A DNA stretch of 64,000 nucleotides from Felis catus (taxonomy: Eukaryota), in contig NC_058368.1 of NCBI RefSeq assembly GCF_018350175.1, positions 74,526,001 through 74,590,000 of the forward strand, given 5' to 3'. Shown here one piece after another: positions 50,104 through 63,452 of the stretch. Position 1 is the stretch's first letter. Each line of letters starts with the position of its first letter. The notes under the pieces were generated by a model. The model was not told the origin of the DNA, made no database searches, and saw only the letters and a program-made list of their open reading frames with translations. A program made the translations under genes and the position numbers.

Positions 50104-52533
50104 GGCTAGAGGGAAGAGGAGGGAGGAGACACAAGAGGAGGGGAGTGGATGGAAGGAGAGACATCATTATGGCCCATTGATGTGCAACACCAGACATAAG
50201 TGGAAATAAAATGATACGGAGTTTGTAGAGAATTCCCAACCATTGAAAGAATGATTCCAGGAGTCTGTGGAGATTGAGAGAAACGCACGAAGTTAGAGAA
50301 CTGAACACAGATTCGGGTCCAGTGGCTTAAAAAAGACAAACCTAGTGTTACAGTGATTGTTTTTAGGGGCCAGTTATGCACAGAAACCTTCCACAAAAGA
50401 CTTTGGAAAGAACCAGAAATGTGTGTAGCAGGGGTTTTATCCAATGGCTGAAAAGGGGAGAGGGGAAGGTAATCTGTGAGAAAATATTGAAACCTAAAAG
50501 GGGATCAATGCAAAGAACAAGAAAGAAAATAAGAAAATTAGATGAATAAAATTAAATTAAAACTATAAACTCTACTTCAAGAAACAGGAAAAATAATAAA
50601 AATACCACTTAATCTCCCAATTTTACTAAAGAGGACATTATTTAACATGCAAATATGTAATTATGATAATATAATATGGCAGAGTCGTATATTCCAGCAA
50701 CAAGGAAGATAAATTGTAATTTGGAAAAATTCCAGACGCAATCCGAAACAGATGCGCTTTGTTTTGTCGGAGACATTTACATACGGAAGAAAACATATCA
50801 TAGCATTGAAAGGCCAACCCCACCCCCCCCAAAAAAAATTACACTATAAGCCATATGAATTTAAAAACTTAAAATTGAAAAATCTATGGTGGGAAGAAAC
50901 TGACATGCTAAATTGTTGATTTCCTGTTTGCACTTGAGTTTTTTACCTGAAGGACTTGGTGTCATGTGGACGGCGTTCAAGGCTGATGCATTTTCATGAA
51001 ATACATTAGCTACAGCCAGGATATTAAGACAGACAATGACCTCAACATCCCATATCAGCCAATACATTTTACATGAACAAAGTTACTATTCCATTGTAAT
51101 TGGCACCAGCATTATTCGACATAAATGTGTCTCAAAAATGCACCCATGGCCACGAGATCTGTGTGAATAGTTCCGTCACCTACGGTCACCATTTTATTTA
51201 ATCAGTCTTCGAGGGATATACATTGTTGTTCATTTAAACATCTTAATTTTCCTGTTACAAGGTATTATGCCAATAGTGATAACAAGTATATCAAGCCTTT
51301 CCTAGTAGTAAGAAATTTAGAACAAATGCCTTAAGAGATTATAAATGATTCCTTAGAGATTACAGATAATGTATGTAAAATGGCATGTCTGAGTTCAACT
51401 GCATCAAGCAAGGACCATGAGAATGATCCTGATTATATTCAGATTAGATAGTTCTGCATTCGGTGATTACTTCTCAGCTCTTTTACCCACCGCCACCACT
51501 TTGAACCGCTTAAAAGTCTTTATTAATTTGCTTTACAGCTTTATATGTCATTAATGAGTCCTGCAGCATCATTTAAGTTTTGCTTAATTTTATTTTTTAT
51601 AGGAACTCACTTTGTTACACTATTATTACTTTATACTAGCAAACATTAAGGATTTCCCACTTGGAAACACATAAACAAAAAGAAACCCCTTGATAATGCA
51701 AAGTTTATATCAAACCACCGGATTGCGTCTATTATTACTGTTTTATTTTTGAATGTTACTAACATTTTCTAAGTTACAAAGGAGCAGATGAGACTGTCAG
51801 GGGATGTATTTTGCTTCCCCAAATCATGCCATTCCATTAAAGTCATTTGTCAATTTTATGAGATTTAATCCAGGATCTAGCATTCACTGAAGCTACTTCT
51901 GTCTTAAACCGTCAAGAATGGTGCTAATCAACAGATTCATTTTTCACAGCATCAGAGTGCTATGTGAATTTAATAAAACAACAAAATTAAAACAGCCTAA
52001 CACATAGAAATTGTCAGTACACACAACACTATTATTCCCTCTGTCACCCTTTGTGCCTATCATCGCTTACGGTACAGTTTATAATACTGACTTCTGAGAA
52101 TTGTATTCTTGAATGACCATCTTCTCATCCTGTTTTAATTGTTTCGCTCATGGTGTTAAAAATAAGCCTCCGTGTTGAGATTTAATGTAGTTTGTGATTC
52201 TGATTTCTTTAAAAAAAAAAACAGAAGCTTATCAAGGGTAAGTCTATGTGACATAAAAATAGCCTGGCTTTCCTGGTGACTGTTGTGGAGTCATTAATGA
52301 GGGTAATTGTCTCCTGCTTTTTAACTATTGTTAATTTTTGAAAGTTCCTTTAGCAAGAGCTTGCTAGAAGTTGTATTGATACCTCAAGCGAGGTCGTTAA
52401 GCAGCTCTTGAGCATTTCGAGGTGAGATGCACATTTGGAATGTCATTTTTAAAAACTTTATTTAAGATTTCAGGCATTCCTGAAGGGAACAGAGTATTTT
52501 TCAGGTTTTTTGTTTTTGTTTTTGTTTTTTTTG

Positions 52534-52545
52534 GTGTGTGTGTGC

Positions 52546-52583
<38 letters not shown>
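52534..52583. repeat. (TG)n microsatellite
   Basis: Seen directly. Confidence 0.95.
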
Positions 52584-52587
<4 letters not shown>

Positions 52588-52751
52588 TGTAGACGAAAGC
52601 ATTGAAAGGTTTAAAATGATTGGACTGCCTGAAAAGTGATCCAAAGGAAAAAATATTTTGGACTTTCTCCATCTTTTTAGTTGTTAGTGCTTGTGGAATT
52701 TAACGAATTTAACGAATTGGAGCCTCGGCTGTAGCGGTTCTCATGACTTTC

Positions 52752-54080
52752 TGTGACATTGTGATTTATACTTGAGAAAATTGTATTTGCCCTTTCTCTC
52801 CACTTCTGGCACAGAGCTCCTAAAACCCTTGGATTTCCTAAGTGATGACAGCAGCAGAGCGACTCTCGGAAAGTGTCTGAGGATGAGGCCGGTACCTAGA
52901 GGTGTCAACCAAGTGGTTAGATAGTTAGAACTTTCAGTCCCACCCCTTGAACTCCAGGGAGGGGAACTGGCTGGAAGTTGGATCCATCGGCAGTGGTCAA
53001 TGATTTAATCAGTCGTGCCTAAGCAATGAAGCCTCCATAAAAATCTTCAAAGGATGGGGCTTGGAATGCTTCTGGGCTGGTGGGAGGTGGTGGGAGAATA
53101 GTGTTCCTGGAAAGGGCATAGAAACTCCACGCCTTCTCTCATAACTTGCCCTATGTATCTTTTCCATCTATTTGTTCCTGAGGTATACTGCTTTTATAAT
53201 AAGCTGTCATCGCACTCTCAACAATAGCTAAATTATGGAAAGAGCCTAAATATCCATCAACTGATGAATAAAGAAATTGTGGTTTATATACACAATGGAA
53301 TACTACGTGGCAATGAGAAAGAATGAAATATGGCCTTTTGTAGCAACATGGATGGAACTGGAGAGTGTGATGCTAAGTGAAATAAGTCATACAGAGAAAG
53401 ACAGATACCATATGTTTTCACTCTTACGTGGATCCTGAGAAACTTAACAGAAGACCATGGGGGAGGGGAAGGGAAAAAATGGTTAGAGAGGGAGGGAGCC
53501 AAACCATAAGGGACTCCTAAAAACTGAGAACAAACTGAGGGTTGATGGGGGGTGGGAGGGAGGAGTGGGTGGGTAGGTGATGGGTATTGAGGAGAGCACC
53601 TGTTGGGATGAGCACTGGATGTTGTATGGAAACCAACTTGACAAATTTCATAATAGTAACAATGATAAGCTGTCATCTAGTAAGTTGAATGTTCCTCTGA
53701 GTTCTGTGGGTCACTCTAGCAAATTAATAGACTCCAAGGAAGGGGTGGTGGAAACTTCTGACTTACGGCTAGTTGGTTAGAAGCACAGGTAAGGACCTGG
53801 GTTTGGACCGAGGTCTGAAGTCCAAAGAGGGCTGTGGGGAACCCCAATCTCCAGTCAGTGGGCCAGAAGCACAGGTGATAATAACCTGGGCTTGTAACTG
53901 GCTCCTTATGTGGTGGCGGGGTCAAGGGAAGAGCGCACTGGTAGGAATGAGTCCTCAACCTTAGAATCTGCTGTTATCCTTACGGGAGGTAGCATCAGAA
54001 TTGGGCTGCATGGTGCAACTCCCTCCTGGTGTCCGAGAACCGCGTGGATGTGTGGGAAAGCCCCTCCACACATGGGAAAT
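52752..54080 (+). mobile_element. MER21-like solo LTR split by an L1 insertion
   Basis: tgtgacattgtgatttata...ggcacagagctcctaaaacccttgga...aatgatttaatcagtcgtgcct..aatgaagcctccataaaaa...ctgagttctgtgggtcactctagcaaattaat...agaagcacaggt, all characteristic MER21 motifs. Confidence 0.8.
53212..53661 (+). mobile_element. 5'-truncated carnivore L1 3' end nested in MER21
   Basis: L1 ORF2 end plus 3' UTR; TSD ataagctgtcatc at 53199-53211 and 53665-53677. Confidence 0.95.
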
Positions 54081-55929
54081 TGGGGGACCAGATCTTAATT
54101 TACTTTCCAATGCATCAACTTTGGTCTGTCCATCTCTACCCCCAAAATCTTACATCATTTGGAAACAGAAATTGGACACTCTTAAACACTTTAGCGTAAC
54201 TCACCTTTAGGTCAGAGAAGCAACTGAATTGTATTAAACTTCTTCCCTCTTCTAAATCACTCCTGTTCCGTAGGAGATTTCAACTAAGTGGTTTGTTGGG
54301 GTCAATTTTAAGAATCCTCTAAGCTTCACGTTGGATCACTGATTTATAGAAACATGCTGGTTAGTGTCATATTGTGAGAGCATCTCCCCTGGGTTTCCCC
54401 TTATGTGTGTGTATTTTCATTTCCGTCCATGGGAATCACTATTCCATATTTTTTTGCTATATCTCTGATTCAGTTTCACATGTTTTCATCTCGGGCTATT
54501 ATGTAAATAAGGCGCTACCTTAAGTATTCAAATTAAGATGTAACATATGGGCAGCCAGGTGGTCTCTTTTTTTTTTTTATATATAAAAGAGCTTCAGGAT
54601 TTAGGAAAATATTGCACATACCCAAACCCTATATAGTGAATACCTCACACTTAAAATATGGGAATTAATACTGTGATAATGGATAATAGACTCACTTATT
54701 CTAAGTTTCGAGATGGGTAAAGCTGGTATTCTCCCCTCCTGTTCCTAGAAAAAAACTAAAAGCAACAGGAGAACTACAGCCAAAAAGAAACTTTTTTTAA
54801 AAGAAAACTAGATAAAGTTAGAGCCTCCATGTAATGACTGATTGGAAGAACTTCCAGGATTTGTAGAGAGACCGAAAGATCACAAGAAATGTGTCAATGA
54901 AACAGAACCCGGAGAGCGATGGTCCAAAAAGATCCAGCCAAATACAGTTTTCAAGGGTTAGGTGCACAGCCCACAGCACCTTGTCTACATACAGGGAACA
55001 GACTGGGCAAACTGCTAGCTGAGAGTCATTGAAATTCTGTTTAGTTTGAGAAAGTGACTCTGCAGAATAAGGGATCACAGGGAAAATCCATTTTTGTAGG
55101 ATACACCTATCTCTGCAGAAGGGACCAAAAAACAGCCTTTGCATTTAAAATAACGGTATAGAGACTAAAATAAGAAAAACAACTCATACAGAGTTTATTC
55201 CCTTTTGCTCAGGGAGAAACAAACAAAAACTAAATTATCCACAAATTTTGGAGCATTAAAGAAAATTCTAGAAAGACTTTCTTACCCCCACCTATCCCCC
55301 CAAACACACACGCATATACACACACACGCACACACCCAAAGACCTGTGTGTATGTTTTCTATATATCTAATCCAGGAAAGACGCGCTTGAATAAAGCTCG
55401 GAAGAGAAAAGAAACAAGGAAATAATGTATCAATTTGAAGTTAAGAGCCTTCTAATTCCAAGTAGAAGAGACTACCTGATGATAGCTACTGCAGCGGAGG
55501 AAACAACTAGAAAAGATGGGGGGGAATGATAACTCGTCTTTTGAAGGGTGCAGAATGGTACAGCCGCAAGGGAAGGCGGAGGATGTAGGAACCCGGGGGT
55601 TAGGGAGTTTTGTTCGTCTGAATGATCTGCAGAAGATTCCCTCCGGCTGACTCTGTGAGGGGGAAGCCTGCGTCAGATGTCACATCCCAAGAAGGAGAGA
55701 AAGAGGCTGGCTGGGCAGGGGTGAAGGGGGTGAAGCAGAGCTTTGGCAGAGATGGGGCTCCCCTTGGCTATCTACCAACGGTGCGGCAGCACGCTTACAA
55801 CCCAAGCAGAAAGCATTGGAAAAGCAGCCTGGATGTCCATGCAGGCTGGTGAGATATGACCGGAGGAGCCTGGTAAGAGGCCCGCAGACTAGACGAGAGT
55901 GTCAGAAGGAAACCCTGAATGCTTAGGGA

Positions 55930-57210
55930 CAAACCATAGGCAGTGTTGTTTCCGAATGAATTACTGTGATCAGCCTGACTCTATATATGCCCTTCCAAGA
56001 CAACTGTACACATAGATAAAAGGAACCAGGGCGATTTTTCCAGAGCGGAGGCCAGGAAAAGAACCAGATGAGTCTGGAATACGTTATTGTGGCACAAATC
56101 AGGGAAATGCTCTCTGAGAATCATAATGACAGGTCAAGGGGACAGGTTCTGGAGAATGTGACTACATCAAAATTAGTAATTCTGGTAATATAACCAGGTA
56201 AGTGAAATATAAAACCTGAGCCCATTGATAGGTAAAATAAATAAATAAATAAATAAATAAATAACTTTTCACAAGGAACAGGATACTTACAGAGTATTAA
56301 AGTTACCTCCCCCCCCCTAGTCTTATTAATTATAAAGACGAAAATTCTAATTTTGCAGTGGAGACGAGGACTTTGACTGACAAGTATTTTCCTGAGCGGT
56401 CACCACGAACATCATCAGTAAGTGGGCCAGTTGAAATCGTGCTCTACCCAATAAAAGGCAATCAGAAAAACACAGCATTGCTTTCCAGCAAAGATGTTGA
56501 ACTTGAATCTAAACACAAGGCGATATCAAACAAACCAAACTCCAATCAGGGATACTACAAAATAATCGTCCTGGAATCTTTAAAAATGTCAAAGTCATGA
56601 CTGATGGGTAAAAGACCTGGGACTTTTCCAAAGCGAGACTCCAGACAGAGCAAGATTAAAATTAAGGGAATGGGGCGCCTGGGTGGCGCAGTCGGTTAAG
56701 CGTCCGACTTCAGCCAGGTCACGATCTCGCGGTCCGGGAGTTCGAGCCCCGCGCGTCAGGCTCTGGGCTGATGGCTCGGAGCCTGGAGCCTGTTTCCGAT
56801 TCTGCGTCTCCCTCTCTCTCTGCCCCTCCCCCGTTCATGCTCTGTCTCTCTCTGTCCCAAAAATAAATAGAAAACGTTGAAAAAAAAAATTTAAAAAAAA
56901 AAAAAAAAACTAAAGGGAATGATTCTGAACTGAACCCTTTTGTCACAAAGATATTATGGAAATATTTGGTGAGACATGAATGAGGTCTAAGGATTAGATG
57001 ATAGTGGTGTATTAATGTTAATTTGTTGATTTTGTTAATGGAATTGGTCATGGGAGACTGTTTTCATAGAGATTAACATTCGATTATTGCAGGTTGATGG
57101 GGCATCCGGGAGACAACTTAATCTCGAGTGACTCAGAAAAAATAAATTAGCCATCTTAGGCTTGCAAGTTTTTTGCACATGTGTGATTCTTTCAAAATAC
57201 AACGTTTAAA
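55930..57210 (+). mobile_element. L1MC/L1MD-like 3' UTR, interrupted by a SINE
   Basis: ctaattttgcagtggaga...atcaaacaaaccaaac...ctacaaaataatcgtcctggaatctttaaaaatgtcaaagtcatga...ggattagatgatagtggtgtattaatgttaattt. Confidence 0.7.
56672..56910 (+). mobile_element. Young felid Can-SINE with long A-tail
   Basis: Near-consensus with CpGs intact; TSD aagggaatg at 56664-56672 and 56913-56921. Confidence 0.97.
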
Positions 57211-58923
57211 ATCAAATAAGTTATGTAAAATGAGCATTCTTTTAATGATTTATATATTATCTCATTTTCTCTTGCTTGGACTTTAAACAGGAACAAGGAC
57301 TTAACTTTTTCATAGAAAGGCAATCTGTGTGGGAAAAAAAAAACACATTCAAATACAGAAAATGGATTATATACTTCAAATCAATCAAGATAACTTTAGC
57401 CATTGAAATAATAGAAGGCTTGAAATTTGAGCCTGCTAATCACAATAAAAATAATGGCAAAGTTTATCCTTAACGAAAACACATTCCTACAAAACTATAA
57501 GACAAACAATACTATCTTAATTAGAAAAGATAAAAAAAAAATGGGAATGAGAGGCTTTGTTTTCTTTTTGCTTAGCTGTTACATTCTTGACCAAAAAGAA
57601 AGAACATCCACTCCAAAGAAATGTAGTTTATGTCTTCTGGAAACCAGAGTCTCAGGTTTTTGCTACTTCAATGCGCACAGCATGAAGGCGTGATGTGGGA
57701 TCTGTTTGCGGAGGGCAATTTGTGGAATATGTATGTATATTCAATTATAGAAATAACTGTGACGTTGAATAACAATTTACATAAGAGGCTTTCAAATGTG
57801 ACACAAATGCTTTGGGCTTTGTTAAAAAATGAATATATACCCAAGATCCCTTTTGATATTTACATCTGAACAACTGAAGAGCCTCAGGGTAAGACTGCTT
57901 TGTTTTGCGGGTTTCTAAGTTTGAACCGGGTGTGCAGAAAGAAAATGGAGATTTTGAAAGAAGAGCTGAGATGTTGTGGGATCCACTCTGTCTCCCTTGC
58001 TGCCCGCCTGGCGGGTGGCCGCCACTGTGATCTAGGGCGTGGGCTCTGCAATCACACTACCCAGCACCTAGAGACACTTGACGTTGACAAATTTGCAAAG
58101 TATTTTCTCCTTCCCACGGTTCTGTCACCTCTAAGATGGGCCGATCGAAGTAGCTGCTTTGTAGACTTGTGTTCAAGGACTGAGATAGAAATGAGTCAGT
58201 GATTCTCAGATACTATTCCGCTGGTCCCAAACCTCAGTACTAGAAAATTTCAGTTTTCAATACTTTCAGAATGTCACTATTAGCGTTGATAGTTAAGTGG
58301 CCTTTCGATGTTTACCATACCATGATCCCGGTGACTCATGGAAACTCTCTTTTAAAAAAGACCTATTTTTAAGCATGAGGTGTAATTAATTGTCATTTTG
58401 TAATTGCTATTTTAGAAGATGAGGTTTGGATTCTGTTTGCCTGCATAGGGTGCCAGGGTGGCGGAACACAATGAAATGATTGATGACTCCCAGCAATTCC
58501 GTGGAAGCTATCACAGAGCGTAGATCATGGCTTTGTCCCCTCGGACCCCCTGAAATGATGAATTTATAGGTAATCCACTTGGGATACTCACAGACTCCTT
58601 TTCATGGTTTCTTAGCTATAAATACTGGCGAAGTGATAATGTAAGGAAGCAAGGGAGTTTTTCTGAGGTTCGTTTTGGTTTCTCCTTTGGGGAAACGTCT
58701 CTTTGCTAATCTGCTTTGTTCAGTCACACTTCTATCATACCTTTCATTTCTCGCTTACTGTTTGCTTTAGATTCTGTTCAGCTTTTCTTGCTGTGGTCGT
58801 AGGCTGTGTCACTCTCTAAGGTGTTTGCATGTACAGCTCACATGTGATAAGCTGGGACATATAAGGCTACCTCTGTGACTAGGCTTATAAGGGGATTTTC
58901 AAGTCACATTAAGATTGACAGGA

Positions 58924-59147
58924 GGGGCGCCTGGGTGGCACAGTCAGTTAAGCGTCCGACTTCAGCCAGGTCACGATCTCGCCGTCCGTGAGTTCGAGCC
59001 CCACATCAGGCTCTGGGCTGACGGCTCAGAGCCTGGAGCCTGTTTCTGATTCTGTGTCTCCCTCTCTCTCTGCCCCTCCCCCGTTCATGCTCTGTCTCTC
59101 TCTGTCTCAAAAATAAATAAAAGTCGAAAAAAAAATTAAAAAAAAAA
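58924..59147 (+). mobile_element. Young felid Can-SINE
   Basis: TSD aagattgacagga at 58911-58923 and 59148-59160. Confidence 0.97.
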
Positions 59148-61810
59148 AAGATTGACAGGAAAAGCCACTCTGCATATGATAGCACATAGCTTGGCAAAAG
59201 TAATGATACTCTAGCTTTATGCAAGTATTTGTAGCCTTTTCTTCCCCTCTGATGCCCTTCTGTGCACTCGAGGAAAACCAGTGCAACAAACATTTGACTC
59301 CTCTGTGCTCCCGAGTCCAGCAGGATGGAATTTCTGGTAACGGCACAGACTATGGGGAAAATTGGAGGTGGACGCACTGCATTTTTTGGAAACAAAGCAA
59401 CCATTTTATATTTGATCTCAATAGAGCTGGGGATAGCTGATGCTTATCCGCCGGGGTCTCACAGAGCTGTTTACCATTATTCTCCGGGCACCGAGTTCAC
59501 TCGGACAATATCCTGAGCAAAGACTTATTCATCAGAGAATCGCAGTCCGTGGGGAAACTCTTCCCCCCGATCGCCCTTGGGACAGCTTTTCGATCTCACA
59601 CTTCGCTTCCACTCTCAGATGCAATCTGTGTGACACCGAATCCCTTCCATGGGGTTGGGTTCTAAAAGCAGCATGGGAAGTGAAAATGTATACCATCAAG
59701 ATAACCGAACCAGTGAACAGAGGCGACCGCTCTGCGAGAGGCAGAGATGAAGGCTTCCAGAGAGCAGAACAGAGCAGAGCAAAAGCCTGCCCTGACCATG
59801 CCACGCTTCTCTGCAGGCCTTACAGAGCCGCTATTGACCCGGCACTTGATAATTTAAAAGCACTGCCGCATAGATCGTCCTATTGCAATTGTATGTGACC
59901 TACAGGGGGTAGAGTCCCTATTTGTAATTTTTTTTTTTAAAGGGATCGGTCTAACTGACTTGCCTGAAGACTCACATTTCATATGAGCTCGATTTTGGTT
60001 CTAACCTCTTTTCACTGAGACACAGTAGTGTTTTTCTGTTGTTGTTCTTGTGGTTTCCCAGCCAGGCACACCTGCCTGAAGGTACGCTCAGTATCCTCCA
60101 CAGATCTTCAGTTCTTACTTATTCCAGAAAGGCGATCGGTCTATTCCTCAACGTCGCCCTTCCCCATTACATAGATAGCAGGTGTTCCGGGATTCTAAGT
60201 CACTGTGCCCCGCTTCTGTGGCTATAAAATTGAAAAAGTTGCACGAGTTACCCATTCATTCTCAGCTTGTTTGTTGCTTCAGTTTAAATGTCTACAGGTC
60301 AGAATCGATGAGGTGGGAATAAACAACACTTCTAATCTCTTTTGTTGCGATCGTTCTATCATTTCAGGCTTAAAATATAACATCATTTTTTCCTCCTTTC
60401 GTGTCCTCTTTAATAAAATCTTGACAGCACAAGAAATGTGCTACATAACCTCAGAAATAGATTAAAAAATATCTTTTGTCACTTAGCCTTCCCTAATCTT
60501 CATCTACGTGCAAAATTGTCACTTATCCTTCTGACAGGTTTTACTGTTCATTTTTACATAAAAAAAAAAAAAAAAAAACACTTGAACACTTCTTTGAATG
60601 CACACTTCTATTTAAACCATTCGGATGAGTTACAATGGCATTTTCCAAAATAATACACTAAAATAGATAAATAGATTCCTGAACGTAAGTGGGGTATTTG
60701 ATCTTTGAAACACTTACAAGAGGGAATCTTTGTTATTGCAAATATTTCAAACACATATCAGGTGAGGTAAAACTACTTAATGGTAAACAACTCACATAAT
60801 AATAAACTTCCTTGGGAGCAAACCACAGAGGCTGTGCACTTAACTTCTGATTGGGTGGGAAAATGGCTACAGAGAGTAACATTGATTTGTGGTTTTAAAA
60901 AATTTGTGCATTTCATAAAATCTGACTTAATTATCAATTCTCAATTATGAATTATACATGATGAAGTTAGAAGTGTTTTTTTATTTGCTGAGCGTACACA
61001 TGTTTATGTAATGTAAGTTTTTGTGTTGTTTTCTTATTACATAATTATAACACAAGAATAGGAACCATGCATGAGATAGATTATCGAGGTTAACGATCAG
61101 CCTTCTTTACGATTTTAAAGTACATCCGTACAGTTAATAATACCCATGCTCTAAATTCTCTCTCAAAAATGTAAAGAATTGGTAAATACTTTTATTTGAC
61201 AACAAAAAGAATTTCTGGGGTTTTCTCCCTGCTGGAATTATTTGAATTTTCATCAATAAAATGTGAATCTTCTCAATGGTTTCTTCTCCCCATTGCTGCT
61301 TTTCAGTTTATTCTTGATTTTGGGGAATAGCATAGGGCTGCTGGTAAGTATTTCAGTTGTTGGGAATTATTAGTTGGACTTAATTAATTTTTGCTTGGTT
61401 TAATCAGATAACATGTGGAGGATTTAGACTGATCTTGGTTTTAGTCTTTAATTCTCAATAATTTCTTGACATGACTAAAGGGCGAGTTTGTGGGAGTCAT
61501 ATAGAATCTCTGTTACAACTATTTATTGCTTCTGAGGTTTCCAGCGTGAGATGTGTGTGTGCCTGGGCTTGAGCCCTTACGAGCATACATTCACGGGGAG
61601 CAAGAAGACGAGGAAAAATGATATGAAAACCAACCCATATATTGCATGGCTATATAATTCAATAAATTTACATTCTTAGTGTGCCTTATGTGGCAAAGTC
61701 TTCTGATATAAAAAGATTCTCAAGAATGTTTACCAACATCAGATCGTACTGTCGATACTGTACCCACAGGGGAATTTTCCATGAAGCTAAAGAAACAGAA
61801 GCTTCAGAGA

Positions 61811-61918
61811 CTCCCCCCCGCCCCCGCCCCACCAACCCCCCCACCTACCCACCCCCCCACCTACCCCCAACCTACCCCCCCCCACCTACCCCCCCACCTA
61901 CCCACTCCCCCCCACCTC
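61811..61918. repeat. C-rich degenerate tandem repeat (ccacctaccc-like units)
   Basis: Many C runs separated by a, acta or aa. Confidence 0.9.
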
Positions 61919-62286
61919 ACAGACCTTCCCAAAGCCCTGGACAGGCAATGGGTTCATATCGTTTGTGTGTTCACATATGTTTATAAAATCTGCAAAAGCG
62001 AGATACTTAGGGTCACTGTTACTTTCCCTTCAAGTTTTTCCTATCACCTTTTCTCTTCTGTGACTGGAATAACTACAAGTGGCTACTAAGGGGAGGTAGA
62101 GTGAGGACACTTTTAGTGGGTATGGTGTTGTGGTTCGCATCGCTCCCTTGCATATATCTCACAATTGCCCTCTGTCCTGGGGTGCAAATTATTCCCAAGA
62201 ATGCACCTGCTTCCTCCATCTTGTCACACTGTTTCGCAACTGGAACATCCGGGACCTGTATTCAAATTGTGACGTGAAGTGTTCTA

Positions 62287-62298
62287 CACACACACACA

Positions 62299-62343
<45 letters not shown>
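62287..62343. repeat. (CA)n microsatellite with (CG) interruption
   Basis: Seen directly. Confidence 0.95.
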
Positions 62344-62345
<2 letters not shown>

Positions 62346-62980
62346 CTTCGAAGTATGTGAGTCACGGAGGAAAATCGAGGTCGACAACGTACGGAGCCAG
62401 AATTAAATCCGGAGAAGTCTCAAGATGTCACATGCAGACTATTATTCTTAAGGTCACGGGATCCTTATCAGCTGAACGTTCTTTCTTGTCAGGGATGTTC
62501 TTAATGATGCATCGCATAAAATTATACATTTATATTACATTTAATTTTTCTTCTTTGATGAGTATCAGGCAAAATGGAATTTTTCAGAATTCTTATATTT
62601 TCAGAGGAAAACTTGCAGCAGCACTGCAAAAAATAGGTATGTCTGGAACAGGTCAGAGGGGGAAGAATTTGACCAAGATTTCCCCAAATTTGAAAACAGT
62701 CCTACAACTGAAAGAAACTTTTCTGAACAATCAAAAGTGTAAAGCAACTTTTGCGTAGTCAAGCTAAAAGAAAGAGCAAATGATCTTTTTATCTCTACAG
62801 AAAATATTGTATCATGTTTTGTCATAGAAAGGTGATCAAAGCATATGTAACTCAATATGAGGGAAGTATTACAGAATTTGTCAAGCAGTCAGTTAATCAG
62901 AATATGTAGACCTGGTCATTGGAGGTATTTTTCATCATTTATTATTCGTTGAGCATTTTGAAAGACTTTGATTATGTTCA

Positions 62981-63122
62981 TTTTTAACAACTCTACTGAG
63001 ACACTTTTTCCATATTAAAGTTGTATGTATTTAAGATATAAAGCTCAGTTGTTCACTATAGGTATACCTTGTGAAAAGGTTATCACAATCAAAATAAATA
63101 ACATATGCATCACCTCACGTAG

Positions 63123-63159
<37 letters not shown>

Positions 63160-63263
63160 ATGTCTTTGTGCATGTATTGAGGTTTAAGACATATCCTCTT
63201 AGCAAATTTCAAGTATACAGTACAGTATTAACTATTGTCACCATGCTGTACATTAGATGTCCC
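62981..63263 (-). mobile_element. L1MA-like 3' end containing (TG)n at 63127-63158
   Basis: catcacctcacgtagttac...ctcttagcaaatttcaagtatacagtacagtattaactattgtcaccatgctgtacattagat. Confidence 0.82.
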
Positions 63264-63379
63264 TCTTTTCCATACATTTTTATGAGTTTGTATCATCTTT
63301 CTTAAAATGGAGCTTTGAATTATGCATAAAGCAGACCCCACAGAACTCTGTTCACATCTGAATATGGTCTTTGATTTTC

Positions 63380-63383
63380 TCTG

Positions 63384-63427
<44 letters not shown>

Positions 63428-63428
63428 C
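63380..63428. repeat. (CT)n microsatellite
   Basis: Seen directly. Confidence 0.9.
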
Positions 63429-63452
63429 TTTTTTTTAAGATTTTATTTTTTA

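Noticed and set aside
12076..59404. Many similar ORFs (e.g. MAQWVKLLTSAQVTISW..., GVPGWRSQLG..., ERQSMNGGGAEREGDTESETGSRL) suggesting a gene family
   Set aside because: All are translations of Can-SINE copies in different frames
61681..62089. Proline-rich ORFs
   Set aside because: Artefact of the C-rich repeat
62279..62758. 159-aa ORF with HT repeats
   Set aside because: Starts in a (CA)n microsatellite; no recognisable homology
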